DNA from: Macrostomum hystrix
Taxonomy: Eukaryota; Animalia; Platyhelminthes
NCBI GenBank assembly: GCA_950097015.1
Contig: CATNEN010000034.1
Span: forward strand, 4,526,001-4,590,000
Length of the DNA: 64,000 bases
Reading direction: 5' to 3'
Shown: positions 22,573 through 35,066 of the stretch, in pieces
Position numbering within the stretch: the stretch's first letter is position 1
Layout: every line of letters starts with the position of its first letter
The notes under the pieces: model-generated
Told to the model about the DNA's origin: nothing
Databases searched by the model: none
What the model saw: the letters and a program-made list of their open reading frames with translations, nothing else
Made by a program: the position numbers and the translations under genes

Positions 22573-23499
22573 GCATGAAAAATGCACTTAGATATCCCCA
22601 TCTGCAAAGGATGATACAGCATACAGCCATAGAGACGTTGCGCAGGTAGACAATAACCCACAGAGTGATAAAAAACTATTTTTTTCGCGATGAATTGCGA
22701 ATAGATTACAACGAATGAGAGGCTTGGAAAATATTCCTGGTAATGACCAGCAGGGAGTTGGGCAGATAAAGGATCCGATAGAGACGGAAAGCCCCCGTAC
22801 CCAGTGCGGAATCGATATCAGCTATCCAGCGCCTTCACAAATCGAGAATGATCAAGCTGAGTCTCTCTTTAGCAACAACCCCAACTGCAGCGCTTCGGAT
22901 TACCAGCGTGGAAATTTCTTCACTAAGGAGAGAGAGAGAGAGAGGAAAATGATGGAGAGAAGAAGGGGAGGAGGGCACGGGAGATAAGGTAAAAGAAATG
23001 GCACTTCGCGATAAGACTAGAGAGACGCAAAGGATAACTGTTCCTTAGGACTGCGGATAGGGGCGACGGTAGAAGAGAGTAATGCAAAAGCGTCGATGAT
23101 GAAATATACTCGATTATGAGAAGGTTATTAGGAACTGATGAAAGTTTTGCGTTCCAGTTAAATTTCGGTGTTGCCAAGCTTCAGCATGTCCAACTTTCTG
23201 TGTCGTCTTATTTCAATGCAATAAAGTTTCGGCTTTTTTCAGTTTATGGGTTGTCAACGTTCGGTATTTTAATCGTCTAATTTCGGTATTGTCATTGTCA
23301 CGTTTCGGAACAAGGACATCTGGAATTCTAAGGACGTAAAACTCAAAGATCGTGTAAATTTCATTGAAGACGCTTTTCCTGGAAAATTTACACTGTGTAG
23401 ATAGGAGATATTTCTTTTTTTCACATAAAATATGAGATTTTGATTGATTCTCAATAAAGTATAAGTGTTAGTGTAAACAATATATATGCTTGTTTCGGT

Positions 23500-24955
23500 G
23501 TTGTCTTTGTCAAGTTTCGGCATTGTCTTTGTCAAGTTTCGGCATTGTCTTTGTCAAGTTTCGGTATTGTCTTTGTCAAGTTTCGGTATTGTCTTTGTAA
23601 AGTTTCAGCATTGTCTTTGTCAATTTTCAGTATTGTCTTTGTCAAGTTTCGGTATTGTCTTTGTAAAGTTTCGGCATTGTCTTTGTCAAGTTTCGGTATT
23701 GTCTTTGTCAAGTTTCGGTATTGTCTTTGTCAAGTTTCGGCATTGTCTTAGTCCATTTTCGGTATTGTCTTTTCAAGTTTCGGTATTGTCTTTGTCAAGT
23801 TTCGGTATTGTCTTTGTCCATTTTCGGTATTGTCTTTTCAAGTTTCGGTATTGTCTTTGTCAAGTTTCGGCAATGTCTTTGTCAAGTTTCGGCAATGTCT
23901 TTGTCAAGTTTCGGCATTGTCTTTGTCAAGTTTCGGCATTGTCTTTGTCAAGTTTCGGCATTGTCTTTGTCAAGTTTCGGCATTGTCTTTGTCAAGTTTC
24001 GGTAGTCTTTGTCGAGTTTCGGTATTGTCTTTGTCAAGTTTCGGTATTGTCTTTGTCAAGTTTCGGTATTGTCTTTGTCAAGTTTCGGCATTGTCTTTGT
24101 CAAGTTTCGGTATTGTCTTTGTCAAGTTTTGGTATTGTCTTTGTCAAGTTTCGGTATTGTCTTTGTCAAGTTTCGGTATTGTCTTTGTAAAGTTTCAGCA
24201 TTGTCTTTGTCAATTTTCGGTATTGTCTTTGTCAAGTTTCGGTATTGTCTTTGTAAAGTTTCGGCATTGTCTTTGTCAAGTTTCGGTATTGTCTTTGTCA
24301 AGTTTCGGTATTGTCTTTGTCAAGTTTCGGTATTGTCTTAGTCCATTTTCGGTATTGTCTTTTCAAGTTTCGGTATTGTCTTTGTCAAGTTTCGGTATTG
24401 TCTTTGTCCATTTTCGGTATTGTCTTTTCAAGTTTCGGTATTGTCTTTGTCAAGTTTCGGCAATGTCTTTGTCAAGTTTCGGCAATGTCTTTGTCAAGTT
24501 TCGGCATTGTCTTTGTCAAGTTTCGGCATTGTCTTTGTCAAGTTTCGGCATTGTCTTTGTCAAGTTTCGGTAGTCTTTGTCGAGTTTCGGTATTGTCTTT
24601 GTCAAGTTTCGGTATTGTCTTTGTCAAGTTTCGGTATTGTCTTTGTCAAGTTTCGGCATTGTCTTTGTCAAGTTTCGGTATTGTCTTTGTCAAGTTTTGG
24701 TATTGTCTTTGTCAAGTTTCGGTATTGTCTTTGTAAAGTTTCGGCATTGTCTTTGTCAATTTTCGGTATTGTCTTTGTCAAGTTTCGGCATTGTCTTTGT
24801 CAAGTTTCGGTATTGTCTTTGTCAAGTTTCGGTATTGTCTTTGTCAAGTTTCGGTATTGTCTTTGTCAAGTTTCGGCAATGTCTTTGTCAAGTTTCGGCA
24901 ATGTCTTTGTCAAGTTTCGGTATTGTCTTTGTCAAGTTTCGGTATTGTCAAGTTT
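23500..24955. repeat. Minisatellite, 22-bp unit ttgtctttgtcaagtttcggta, with a 590-bp higher-order duplication
   Basis: Variant blocks recur 590 bp apart (ORF starts 23721/24311 and 23830/24420). Confidence 0.96.
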
Positions 24956-25323
24956 CTGCGGTCATCATATTCTACGAGCGTATACTCATGGCCTATGCTA
25001 TGATCTGATGGCTTGACCATCAGGTGCAAATGCCCCCCTCCCCTAAAAAGAGCAATTATTGCCTATTAATTAGAGTTGCTACGGTGAATTCAAATCTATT
25101 TAATTTTCCCTAGGGCGTAAAAGCAATAAAAGTTCTCAAATTGAGGTTGTAAACTGAACCCATACTGGCGGAACAGGTAGCGCGGCTTTTTGAGACAAAC
25201 TAAAAGCTACAATGCAGCCGGCAGAATGGAAGTACTAAGCCAACCGTAAAGCTTATCACGGCCTCAATGCCCGGTTCTCCGTGCTTCCATTTATTTGTGC
25301 CAGAACTTTTTTCTCTACCTCAC

Positions 25324-25329
25324 AGAATC
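25324..25329 (-). CDS. Lar: Candidate 6-nt microexon GATTCT within Ig2 (meA position)
   Basis: Context ctgatatttctgcttgcatcctatttttag|GATTCT|gtgagg, with two TGC motifs just upstream. In frame: SPT-G-F-W-DLEI. Confidence 0.58.
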
Positions 25330-26159
25330 CTAAAAATAGGATGCAAGCAGAAATATCAGGCATTTAAAAGCCTGGCTGCTTCATTGTTTTTCATTGTTCT
25401 GTTCTTGAGCGTTCTAATCCGCAACTCGGATTAGGTCCTTTGAGTCCTCTCTGTAGTTTCTTGCTTAATTTCCTCACATGGCGCTTTCACCTCGCCATCA
25501 TCTCTCGATGCTTAATTGCAGTCTAGGAAAAAATCCATCCTAGAAAGTCTCGCCTTCTCGCTGCTCAATTTTTTCTCCTCGGAGACATTCATTACTCATC
25601 TCGGCCTACTCATCCTTTCAAGCAGGTGCTGCTTGAGTACCGACGGCTGCGCAAAAGTCATTAGGACTAAAAGTCAGCCGGGTCTAGAGAAGCAGATGCT
25701 ATGAGAAACACACGAATTACAAAAACTGGTTCAAGTCAGATGAAAAACTTTGCCGAAGTTAGCACGCAACTCGGAATCGAGAGACCCGGGGACAGGTGGT
25801 GCCATGCAGGCCTGTTAGTCAAATATTTGTTCGGCATCTCAGCTCTCAGTGATCGCATGAATTTGTGTTTCGATTCGAGTCCCTCAGTGGATGACTGTTG
25901 ACTCGTGCGCTTGGCGGGGAGGTCACTATTTACCAATTGTGCAGCACCCGGTGTAGTCCGTAACTAAATTGCCATGGCAACGCAACTCTAGGGGCGACAG
26001 AGACACAGAGAGACACATGATGGGGAAGGACAAATTTGGGGCAAAAACGATACTTCAGGTGGCAATGATTGCTTCCAAGCGATCTGTTAACAGGATTCTG
26101 TTAGAAGGGCGGGGGTTCATTCTTGGGTCATTGGGACAGCAAAGCAGGGGTCATTCAAG

Positions 26160-26925
26160 CGTCATTGGGACAGGTAGACAGAGTCATTCTGATAGGTCAT
26201 TGGGACAGCTAGACAGAGTCATTCTGATAGGTTACTGGGACAGGTAGGCAGAGTCATTCTGATAGGTTACTGGGACAGGCAGACAGACTCAATCTGGAAG
26301 ATCATTGGGACAGGTAGACAGAGTCATTCTGATAGGTCATTGGGACAGGTAGACAGAGTCATTCTGGAAGATCATTGGGACAGGTAGACAGAGTCATTAT
26401 GATAGGTCATTGGGACCTACAGACAGAGTCATTCTGATAGGTCATTGGGACAGGCAGACAGAGTCATTCTGATAGGTCATTGGGACAGGCAGACAGAGTC
26501 ATTCTGATAGGTCATTGGGACAGGTAGACAGAGTCATTCTGATAGGTCATTGGGACAGGCAGACAGAGTCATTCTGATAGGTCATTGGGACAGGTAGACA
26601 GAGTCATTCTGATAGGTCATTGGGACAGGTAGACAGAGTCATTCTGATTGGTCATTGGGACAGGTAGACAGAGTCATTCTGATTGGTCATTGGGACAGGT
26701 AGACAGAGTCATTCTGGAAGATCATTGGGACAGGTAGACAGAGTCATTCTGGAAGATCATTGGGACAGGTAGACAGAGTCATTCTGGAAGATCATTGGGA
26801 CAGGTAGACAGAGTCATTCTGGAAGATCATTGGGACAGGTAGACAGAGTCATTCTGGAAGATCATTGGGACAGGTAGACAGAGTCATTCTGGAAGATCAT
26901 TGGGACAGGTAGACAGAGTCATTCT
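26160..26925. repeat. Minisatellite, 35-bp unit cattgggacaggtagacagagtcattctgataggt
   Basis: Direct inspection. Confidence 0.96.
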
Positions 26926-27524
26926 AGTACTCGTAGGTTACTAACAATTTCGTATTTTTTAGTAATCGAGTGCAACAGAAGTACGCCGGGAACAGTGATT
27001 CGTGAATACTTGTGCACCAATAAATGTAAACAAAATTGACTAATTTATTCATGCTGACTGCGAACTGCTAACAAGTTGGCAACAAGTCCGATGGACGCTA
27101 GCCAAAACGGAGATGAATAAGAGGTGAGAGACGATGCAAGATTGTCGGATCCTCCCACACTTCGTCCGCTGTCACAAATCCCAAATATGGCTAGCAGTCC
27201 AACTAACAAAGGAGAAGCTATCCTACTTTCGCTTCATGTTGTTCTTGTTAATGTAGCAACTGTCTAGCTAGGCAGTCTAGGGCTGGGTGGGCTGGTGCCA
27301 TAGTGGCATAATGAGAGGCTGACCTAGCTGCACGATATAGAATTACCGAAAGCTTTTATTTTCTTCATCTCATTTCACTCCGGGGAGACTTGGGGGCAGG
27401 AGCAACACGGAATAGGAAGTGACAGGTAGTCTTGACTACTTAACCAGCTGAACATAGTTCAAGCCTAACTGTTTCGTTGGCAAACAAAATTAAACTAATG
27501 TATAGAATGACAAGCTTAGAAGAT

Positions 27525-27960
27525 GGTATTAGAAGTAGGCATTAAGGTAGGGATTGAAGTAGGGATTGAGGTAGGGATTGAGGTAGGGATTGAGGTAGGT
27601 ATTGAGGTAGGGATTGAGGTAGGGATTAAGGTAGGTATTGAGGTAGGTATTAAGGTACGGATTGAGGTAGGGATTAAGGTAGGTATTGAGGTAGGTATTG
27701 AGGTAGGGATTGAGGTAGGGATTAAGGTAGGTATTGAGGTAGGGATTGAGATAGGGATTGAGGTTGGGATTGAAGTAGGGATTAGGGTAGGGATTGAAGT
27801 AGGGATTGAGGTAGGTATTGAGGTAGGTATTGAGGTAGGAATTAAGGTACGGATTGAGGTAGGGATTGAGGTGGGATTAGGGTAGGGATTGAAGTAGGGA
27901 TTGAGGTAGAGATTGAGGTAGGCATTGAGGTAGGGATTGAGGTAGGGATTGAGGTAGGGA
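27525..27960. repeat. Minisatellite, 12-bp unit gggattgaggta
   Basis: Direct inspection; gives the GIEV-periodic ORF. Confidence 0.95.
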
Positions 27961-29109
27961 TCTGGGCACTGACTAAGGTAGGTAGTGTGGAGATTAAGGT
28001 AGTTAAGAGTTGGGACAGAGGTAGTTGTGAAGAGGCCAGATATGTTAAACTAGCCAGTTGCCAGAGAATGGGTCTCCATCTACTAGAAATAACTTCAGCA
28101 GCGATTCAGCACACAAAGGCCGCCCGCCTCTCGCACTTCTGTTTGCTTCAATCTGTTTTGCTTCTCAGCTTTCAAAGCGAGAGTCCAGACAGGAAAAATG
28201 TTGAGTTGAAGGTGAGAAAAGAATCCGTTAACACCATGAGAAGGCGACAAAGTTTAAAGGAAGAATAGGAGGGAAACTGGCGAACTTGAACCACCTGTCA
28301 ATATCCGGGTTGGTGTCGCAACCTGGCCTGACAATTATCCCTGCAAACAATGCGCACTCCACAAAAATAGGGGGAATTTTTTCTTAAAAACTAGGATCTT
28401 AAGCTCGACATCATTACTGGCAAGGTGACACCCGTCAGAGCTGCTCCTGCTTGAAGGCAAGACAGTACTGTACTATAGGATAAATTTGAACCGTACAGTA
28501 CTAGGGCCGAGTGCCAAGCAGCCTAAGAAACTAAAAAACCGCTAGCAATGCAAGTGCTGGTCGTTCAACTGTGAAGCGTATCCCAGCCTAGCGCAGTGTT
28601 AATGCTTATCCCCTAGTTAATCCCCTAGATGTAGCCGGTTACACATAGATGCTGTTGGCTGCAGTGGAAAACATTAGGACAGCTCCTTCAGTGCATGCAT
28701 ATCAGACACTAATGTTTCAAGCCCTGCAGTAGCAGAAACTTTAGCCAGTCAAATAAATTAGGCAAAGTGAAGAACAAGAAGACGAGGAAGAGGAAGAGGA
28801 AGCAGAAACGTGCTAAAACAAACAGGTGCACACACACACACACAAACACACCAGAACCCAGAAAAAATGTTTAACACTGTCCAAACTAGAAAAAAAGTTA
28901 GATTTGGTAGGTGAACATTTACACAGGCAGACTGACTGGCAGACCGGGCGTTAAAGAACTGTTGCTTGCCTTATGATCTGTTTGTGAAGGGGTTTCGAAA
29001 CTCGAGGCTTGTATGTTGTGCTTGGAGTTTGATTTTTAAGACGACAAAATGATGACGGACAGTGCTACATAAATAAGATTGCACAAACAGGGATAACAGG
29101 TATATCTTA

Positions 29110-29820
29110 GATGGCGAGACAGGCGAGAGAGGGTGAGACAGGCGAGAGAGGGTGAGACAGGCGAGAGAGGGTGAGACAGGTGGGAGAGGGGGAGACAGGT
29201 GGGAGAGGGTGAGACAGGCGAGAGAGGTTGAGACAGGTGGGAGAGGGTGAGACAGGTGGGAGAGGGTGAGATGGGCGAGAGAGGGTGAGACAGGCGAGAG
29301 AGGGTGAGACAGGTGGGAGAGGGTGAGACGGGCGAGAGAGGAGAGAATAAGATAGGCAAGACAGGAGGTGAGACAGGTGAGAGAAGATAAGACAGATAAG
29401 AAGATAAGAGAGCGGGTGACACAGGTAAGAGAGCGGGTGACACAGGTAAGAGAGAGGGTGAGACAGGTAAGAGAGCGGGTGAGACAGGTAAGAGTGAGGG
29501 TGAGACAGGTAAGAGTGGGTGAGACAGGTTAGAGAGCGGGTGAGACAGGTTAGAGAGCGGGTGAGACAGGTAAGAGAGCGGGTGACACAGGTAAGAGAGG
29601 GTGAGACAGGTTAGAGAGCGGGTGAGACAGGTAAGAGTGAGGGTGAGACAGGTAAGAGTGAGGGTGAGACAGGTAAGTGAGGGTGAGAAAGGTGAGAGAG
29701 GGTGAGACAGGTAAGAGAGCGGGTGAGACAGGTAAGAGAGCGGGTGAGACAGGTAAGAGTGAGGGTGAGACAGGTAAGAGAGGGTAAGGTGAGAGGGTGA
29801 GACAGGTTAGGAGCTGAGAC
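29110..29820. repeat. GA-rich minisatellite (gggtgagacaggtaagaga family, ~20 bp)
   Basis: Direct inspection. Confidence 0.93.
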
Positions 29821-30399
29821 GGGATACCAAAGACTGGAATCAGACAGGAAAAGGCAAAGATAGACAAAAACTCATCTCCAAGCAGTCTTATATGCTAAGC
29901 TACAAGGCAGACAGCTGTAACTGGAGAAACAAATAATTATCCATCAGTCACGTCCGAAAGTCGCGCAGTTGAGTTCTAATGTAACGGAGCACATATCCCA
30001 GGCCAGTCAGCAGCGCGAGTATCAGGGTAGGCTTATAGGGGGCCCAGCATACAGCAGGATTAATTGTTGACTTATCTACCATCGCAGGGGAGGAAGCATG
30101 CTGCTCAATCATTGTCAAATTATTCCAACCAAGCAAAGGCAAAGAGTCCTGACAGCTGACACAAGAGTGACACATAATTCACAGACATTCAGGTAAGTTA
30201 GGTAGTCTGATTAAAGCTAAGAGGAAAGGTGAATAATGCTCTTTACTATTTTTCTTCAGCTAGAAGAGATTGAGTGTTCATGGTTCATCAAAGCTTGACG
30301 CCGGAAGACCCAATGCAGGCTGAAGAAAGTACATTGAAAAGGCTTGGAAATGTCCAGAGACTTAAGCAGATGCGACAGCAGTCATAGACCAAGTCTAAG

Positions 30400-30632
30400 G
30401 ATCTGTGACTTCAAAATGTGAGGATCTGTGACTTCTAAATCTGAGGATCTGTCACTTCTAAATATGAGGATCTGTGAATTCTAAATATGAGGATCTGTCA
30501 CTTCTAAATGTGAGGATCTGTGACTTCTAAATATGAGGATCTGTCACTTCTAAATCTGAGGATCTGTGACTTCTAAATATGAGGATCTGTGACTTCTAAA
30601 TCTGAGGATCTGTGACTTCTAAATTTGAGGAT
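30400..30632. repeat. Minisatellite, 23-bp unit gaggatctgtgacttctaaatat
   Basis: Direct inspection, ~10 copies. Confidence 0.93.
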
Positions 30633-31714
30633 TTGTGAGCATGAGTTTCGTCTCTGAGTCTAAAGCCATACACGCAGGCCATAGACCACAAAGAGTAAAT
30701 GCTGATGCATTTGCTGGGATGCACAATCAGGCGGGACACACAGGGGAACTGAGGAAGCGGGCGGTCAAAGAGTGAACAAATGCCGCTCATCATATGAAAG
30801 GGTCGGGGCCGGGGCAGATTAAAACTAACCCGACTGTATCCAAGGCGCAGACAAAGGCGGCCCAAATGAGGGAGGCCGCGCTGCTAATGTGGAATTATTC
30901 AGATTAATTAAGTCGGCACAAAGTGAAGTCTAAAAGGTTCTGCTTCCTCAGCCGTCTTGTCAGGTTGCTGGCGGCGAGGCGAGTTCCAAACGGGGGTAGG
31001 GCTGGATGACAAATCCACATCAGATCCACATAGAGAGATGAGGCAGTGGGAGACTGATGCTTTTGGGTAAGTAAATTGAGCAGACGATTTTTTTGAGGAA
31101 ATCAGATTCACTGAGGCCATCGAGTTCAGATGGATAATCTTTTCTATATGGCCTGTGCAACACCACCAGCCAAGGAATAAGCCCATTTTGACTCCATTTG
31201 ACTAGTCTAGCGAAATCTGAAAAAAATAATGTAGAAAAAGCTTTCACTGATTTTCGGTAGAGCGGACAGAAGCAGGGGGGGAGCTGCCTCATCAGTGAAG
31301 GCGCGGATGAGGGACGCACAGACAGACACTGAGCACGCTTGAACTGCTGCTACACGCAAAGGCCAAGCCAAGCGGCTACTGAGGATGTAAGGGATAAATA
31401 AAAAAAGAGACACAAGAAGATAAAGCAGAAACGCCAACGGCGGTGGGGAATTTTAGCGCCGTTGGGAAATTCAATTTGCAACTAGCCCGGGCTGAGATAG
31501 AGGAACAGAACTTATGAAGACACACAATTCTTTTAAGGATAACAAAAAGCACAAAATTTTTTTCGCTAACAGATAACCTAGCGGAGAATGGGAGCTGTTG
31601 GATTGCAGATGGACTCGGTAGTTTTAACAGGAAGTTGGAACCATGAATTGATAAAAAAGAAGATGGACTAAGAATGTAAGGACAATGAGGCTGGTGTGAT
31701 ATAGTGAGAAAATG

Positions 31715-32942
31715 TATGGCAGAGAGACAGTGGGGGAGAGACAGTGGGGCAGAGACAGTGGGGGAGAGACAGTGGGGGAGAGACAGTGGGGCAGAGACAG
31801 TGGGGCAGAGACAGTGGGGGAGAGACAGTGGGGGAGGGACAGTGGGGCAGAGACAGTGGGGGAGAGACAGTGGGGGAGAGACAGTGGGGCAGAGACAGTG
31901 GGGGAGAGACAGTGGGGCAGAGACAGTGGGGCAGAGACAGTGGGGGAGAGACAGTGGGGCAGAGACAGTGGGGGAGAGACAGTGGGGGAGAGACAGTGGG
32001 GGAGAGACAGTGGGGGAGAGACAGTGGGGGAGAGACAGTGGGGGAGAGACAGTGGGGCAGAGATAGTGGGGGAGAGACAGTGGGGGAGAGACAGTGGGGC
32101 AGAGACAGTGGGGGAGAGACAGTGGGGCAGAGATAGTGGGGGAGAGACAGTGGGGGAGAGAAAGTGGGGGAGAGACAGTGGGGGAGAGAAAGTGGGGGAG
32201 AGATAGTGGGGGAGAGACAGTGGAAGACAGTGGAGCCGAGACAATGGGGGAGAGACAGTGGGGGAGAGACAGTGGGGCAGAGATAGTGGGGGAGAGACAG
32301 TGGGGGAGAGAAAGTAGGGGAGAGACAGTGGGGGAGAGAAAGTGGGGGAGAGACAGTGGGGGAGAGAAAGTGGGGGAGAGACAGTGGGGGAGAGAAAGTG
32401 GGGGAGAGACAGTGGGAGACAGTGGAGCCGAGACAATGGGGGAGAGACAGTGGGGGAGAGACAGTGGGGGAGAGACAGTGGGGGAGAGACAGTGGGGGAG
32501 AGAAAGTGGGGGAGAGACAGTGGGGGAGAGAAAGTGGGGGAGAGACAGTGGGGGAGAGAAAGTGGGGGAGAGACAGTGGGGGAGAGAAAGTGGGGGAGAG
32601 ACATTGGGAGACAGTGGAGCCGAGACAATGGGGGAGAGACAGTGGGGGAGAGACAGTGGGGGAGAGAAAGTGGGGGAGAGACAGTGGGAGACAGTGGAGC
32701 CGAGACAATGGGGGAGAGACAGTGGGGGAGAGACAGTGGGGCAGAGATAGTGGGGGAGAGACATTGGGAGACAGTGGAGCCGAGACAATGGGGGAGAGAC
32801 AGTGGGGGAGAGACAGTGGGGCAGAGATAGTGGGGGAGAGACAGTGGGAGACAGTGGAGCCGAGACAATGGGGGAGAGACAGTGGGGGAGAGACAGCGGG
32901 GGAGAGACAGTGGGGAGAGACAGCGGGGGAGAGACAGTGGGG
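31715..32942. repeat. G-rich minisatellite, 15-bp unit agagacagtggggg(g/c)
   Basis: Direct inspection. It is the source of the 597/441/435-aa SPTVS-type ORFs. Confidence 0.97.
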
Positions 32943-32991
32943 GATACAAGCAGGAATCTTAATATTATAGGCCAAATATCAGACCACTCAC

Positions 32992-33168
32992 CAGTGGGGC
33001 TCATTGACAGTCGCGGTAGGCTGATGTCCAGTGGTATGTAGTCCTTGGTCCATGTGATTCTGGGCCGAGGCTCGCCAGCTACCTGACAGGTCAGCTTCAC
33101 ACGCTCGTCCTTTTCAACCACCTGCATGCCTGGTGCCTTTACAATGCGCGGAAACCCGAGCGGAATCA
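32992..33168 (-). CDS. Lar: Exon, N-terminal half of Ig2 (VIPLGFPRIVKAPGMQVVEKDERVKLTCQVAGEPRPRITWTKDYIPLDISLPRLSMSPT)
   Basis: Acceptor tcccacag at 33169-33170 and donor GTGAGT at 32991. It is 177 nt, phase 1-1, and resembles LAR Ig2 (GFPxI..P..KVVEK....C...G.P.P.I.W.KD..P.D). Confidence 0.95.
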
Positions 33169-33195
33169 CTGTGGGATAGTTGAAATTTTACTTTC

Positions 33196-33915
33196 AGAGC
33201 ACTGATGGATCTGGAGGGTATATTGGCATCAGAGCTGATGGATCTGGAGGGTATATTGGCATCAGAGCTGATGGATCTGGAGGGTATATTGGCATCAGAG
33301 CTGATGGATCTGGAGGGTATATTGGCATCAGAGCACTGATGGATCTGGAGGGTATATTGGCATCAGAGCACTGATGGATCTGGAGGGTATATTGGCATCA
33401 GAGCACTGATGGATCTGGAGGGTATATTGGCATCAGAGCACTGATGGATCTGGAGGGTATATTGGCATCAGAGCACTGATGGATCTGGAGGGTATATTGG
33501 CATCAGAGCTGATGGATCTGGAGGGTATATTGGCATCAGAGCTGATGGATCTGGAGGGTATATTGGCATCAGAGCTGATGGATCTGGAGGGTATATTGGC
33601 ATCAGAGCTGATGGATCTGGAGGGTATATTGGCATCAGAGCTGATGGATCTGGAGGGTATATTGGCATCAGAGCACTGATGGATCTGGAGGGTATATTGG
33701 CATCAGAGCACTGATGGATCTGGAGGGTATATTGGCATCAGAGCTGATGGATCTAGACGGTATATTGGCATCAGAGCTGATGGATCTGGAGGGTATATTG
33801 GCATCAGAGCTGATGGATCTGGAGGGTATATTGGCATCAGAGCTGATGGATCTGGAGGGTATATTGGCATCAGAGCACTGATGGATCTGGAGGGCACATT
33901 GGCACCAGAGCACTG
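33196..33915. repeat. Minisatellite, 33/35-bp unit ctgatggatctggagggtatattggcatcagag(ca)
   Basis: Direct inspection. Confidence 0.97.
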
Positions 33916-34289
33916 ATGGCTTAATCAGATGTTTTCACGGCTTCACAAATTGCACTAAATCGTTAAAAAAGTGAAGCTGGAGGATAATTTTCTATATATA
34001 AAAAAAATTAAAGGTGAAAATCGATATAATGACAGAAACAATTTTCCAGTCTGCATTAGAGCAAGCACTTTAGCAGCTAACATCTGTGAAAAAAAACTTT
34101 GCACTTAGCTTATTGCCTGTTGCTTTCTGTATGAATATTAAATTACAAATAATGCACTCAGCAACCTACAGGTGGGCTACTAAAGTTCTTCACGCTACGG
34201 CGCGGCTAAGAGCTACCTAGAAACTCTAGTATTGCCTCTGATTTTACAATAGCCACAGGTGGGATCAAAGAGCATGCAGTTAACTGACT

Positions 34290-34702
34290 GAAATACTGTG
34301 TCAGTTTACTGACTGTCAGGCTGTCAGTTAGATGACTGTGAGACTGTGTCAGTTTACTGACTGTCAGACTGTCAGTTTACTGACTGTCAGACTGTGTCAG
34401 TTTACTTAATGTCAGACTGTGTCAGTTAGCTGACTGTGAGACTGTGTCAGTTTACTGACTGTCTGACTGTGTCAGTTTACTGACTGTCTGACTGTGTCAG
34501 TTTACTGACTGTCTGACTGTGTCAGTTTACTGACTGTCAGACTGTGTCAGTTAGCTGACTGTGAGACTGTGTCAGTTTACTGACTGTCTGACTGTGTCAG
34601 TTTACTGACTGACAGACTGTGTCAGTTTACTGACAGTCACACTGTGTCAGTTTACTGACTGTCAGACTGTGTCAGTTTACTGACTGTCACACTGTGTCAG
34701 TT
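34290..34702. repeat. Minisatellite, 25-bp unit actgtgtcagtttactgactgtc(a/t)g
   Basis: Direct inspection. Confidence 0.94.
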
Positions 34703-34722
34703 AAGTTATGCAGTTTACTCAC

Positions 34723-35028
34723 CGGAAGTCCTTGAATAGACGTACAGTCTGGCAGTCTGGGTGACTGAAACAGACGTGACGGCATTCTTGGCCACGCAGG
34801 CAATCAGGGTGTTGTTGTCCTCGCTGGCTCGAGCGGGGTCGATGCGAAGCACTTTGCCGAACGAGATGGCGAAAGAGAAGAATCGCGTCAGGGCCTGCGT
34901 CGGACGCTGGTCGTTCACCAGCCATTCAATCTCGGGAGCGGGACTGCCCTCAGCACGACAGATGAACAGGGCTGCGGTGTTGTCAAGGACGCTGATGGTT
35001 TCTGGGCCTTGCGTGATGCGGGCTTCCT
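34723..35028 (-). CDS. Lar: Exon, Ig1 (EARITQGPETISVLDNTAALFICRAEGSPAPEIEW...VLRIDPARASED...CVAKN...TARLYVYSRTS)
   Basis: Acceptor catcaacag at 35029-35030 and donor GTGAGT at 34722. It is 306 nt, phase 1-1, with Ig C-W-C and the LAR-like A.F.C.A.G.P.P.I.W and VLRI.P motifs. Confidence 0.95.
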
Positions 35029-35066
35029 CTGTTGATGACGGGTGGTTTGGTTGAGGCTTAATTATA

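Noticed and set aside
28323-28340. 18-nt in-frame candidate (GIIVRP) in the meA intron
   Set aside because: The acceptor has TGC motifs, but the donor gttgcg is non-consensus.
31020-31217. Phase-1 open frame after a strong acceptor (DFARLVKW...SMWI*)
   Set aside because: It would terminate the protein in the middle of Ig2. It has no donor, no poly(A) signal and no recognisable motif.
31376-32991. 597-aa ORF suggesting a Ser/Pro mucin stalk after Ig2a
   Set aside because: It is read-through past the GTGAGT donor at 32991 into a 15-bp array that is open in many frames. It would truncate Ig2 mid-domain. The same applies to the tail of the 262-aa ORF at 45113-45711.
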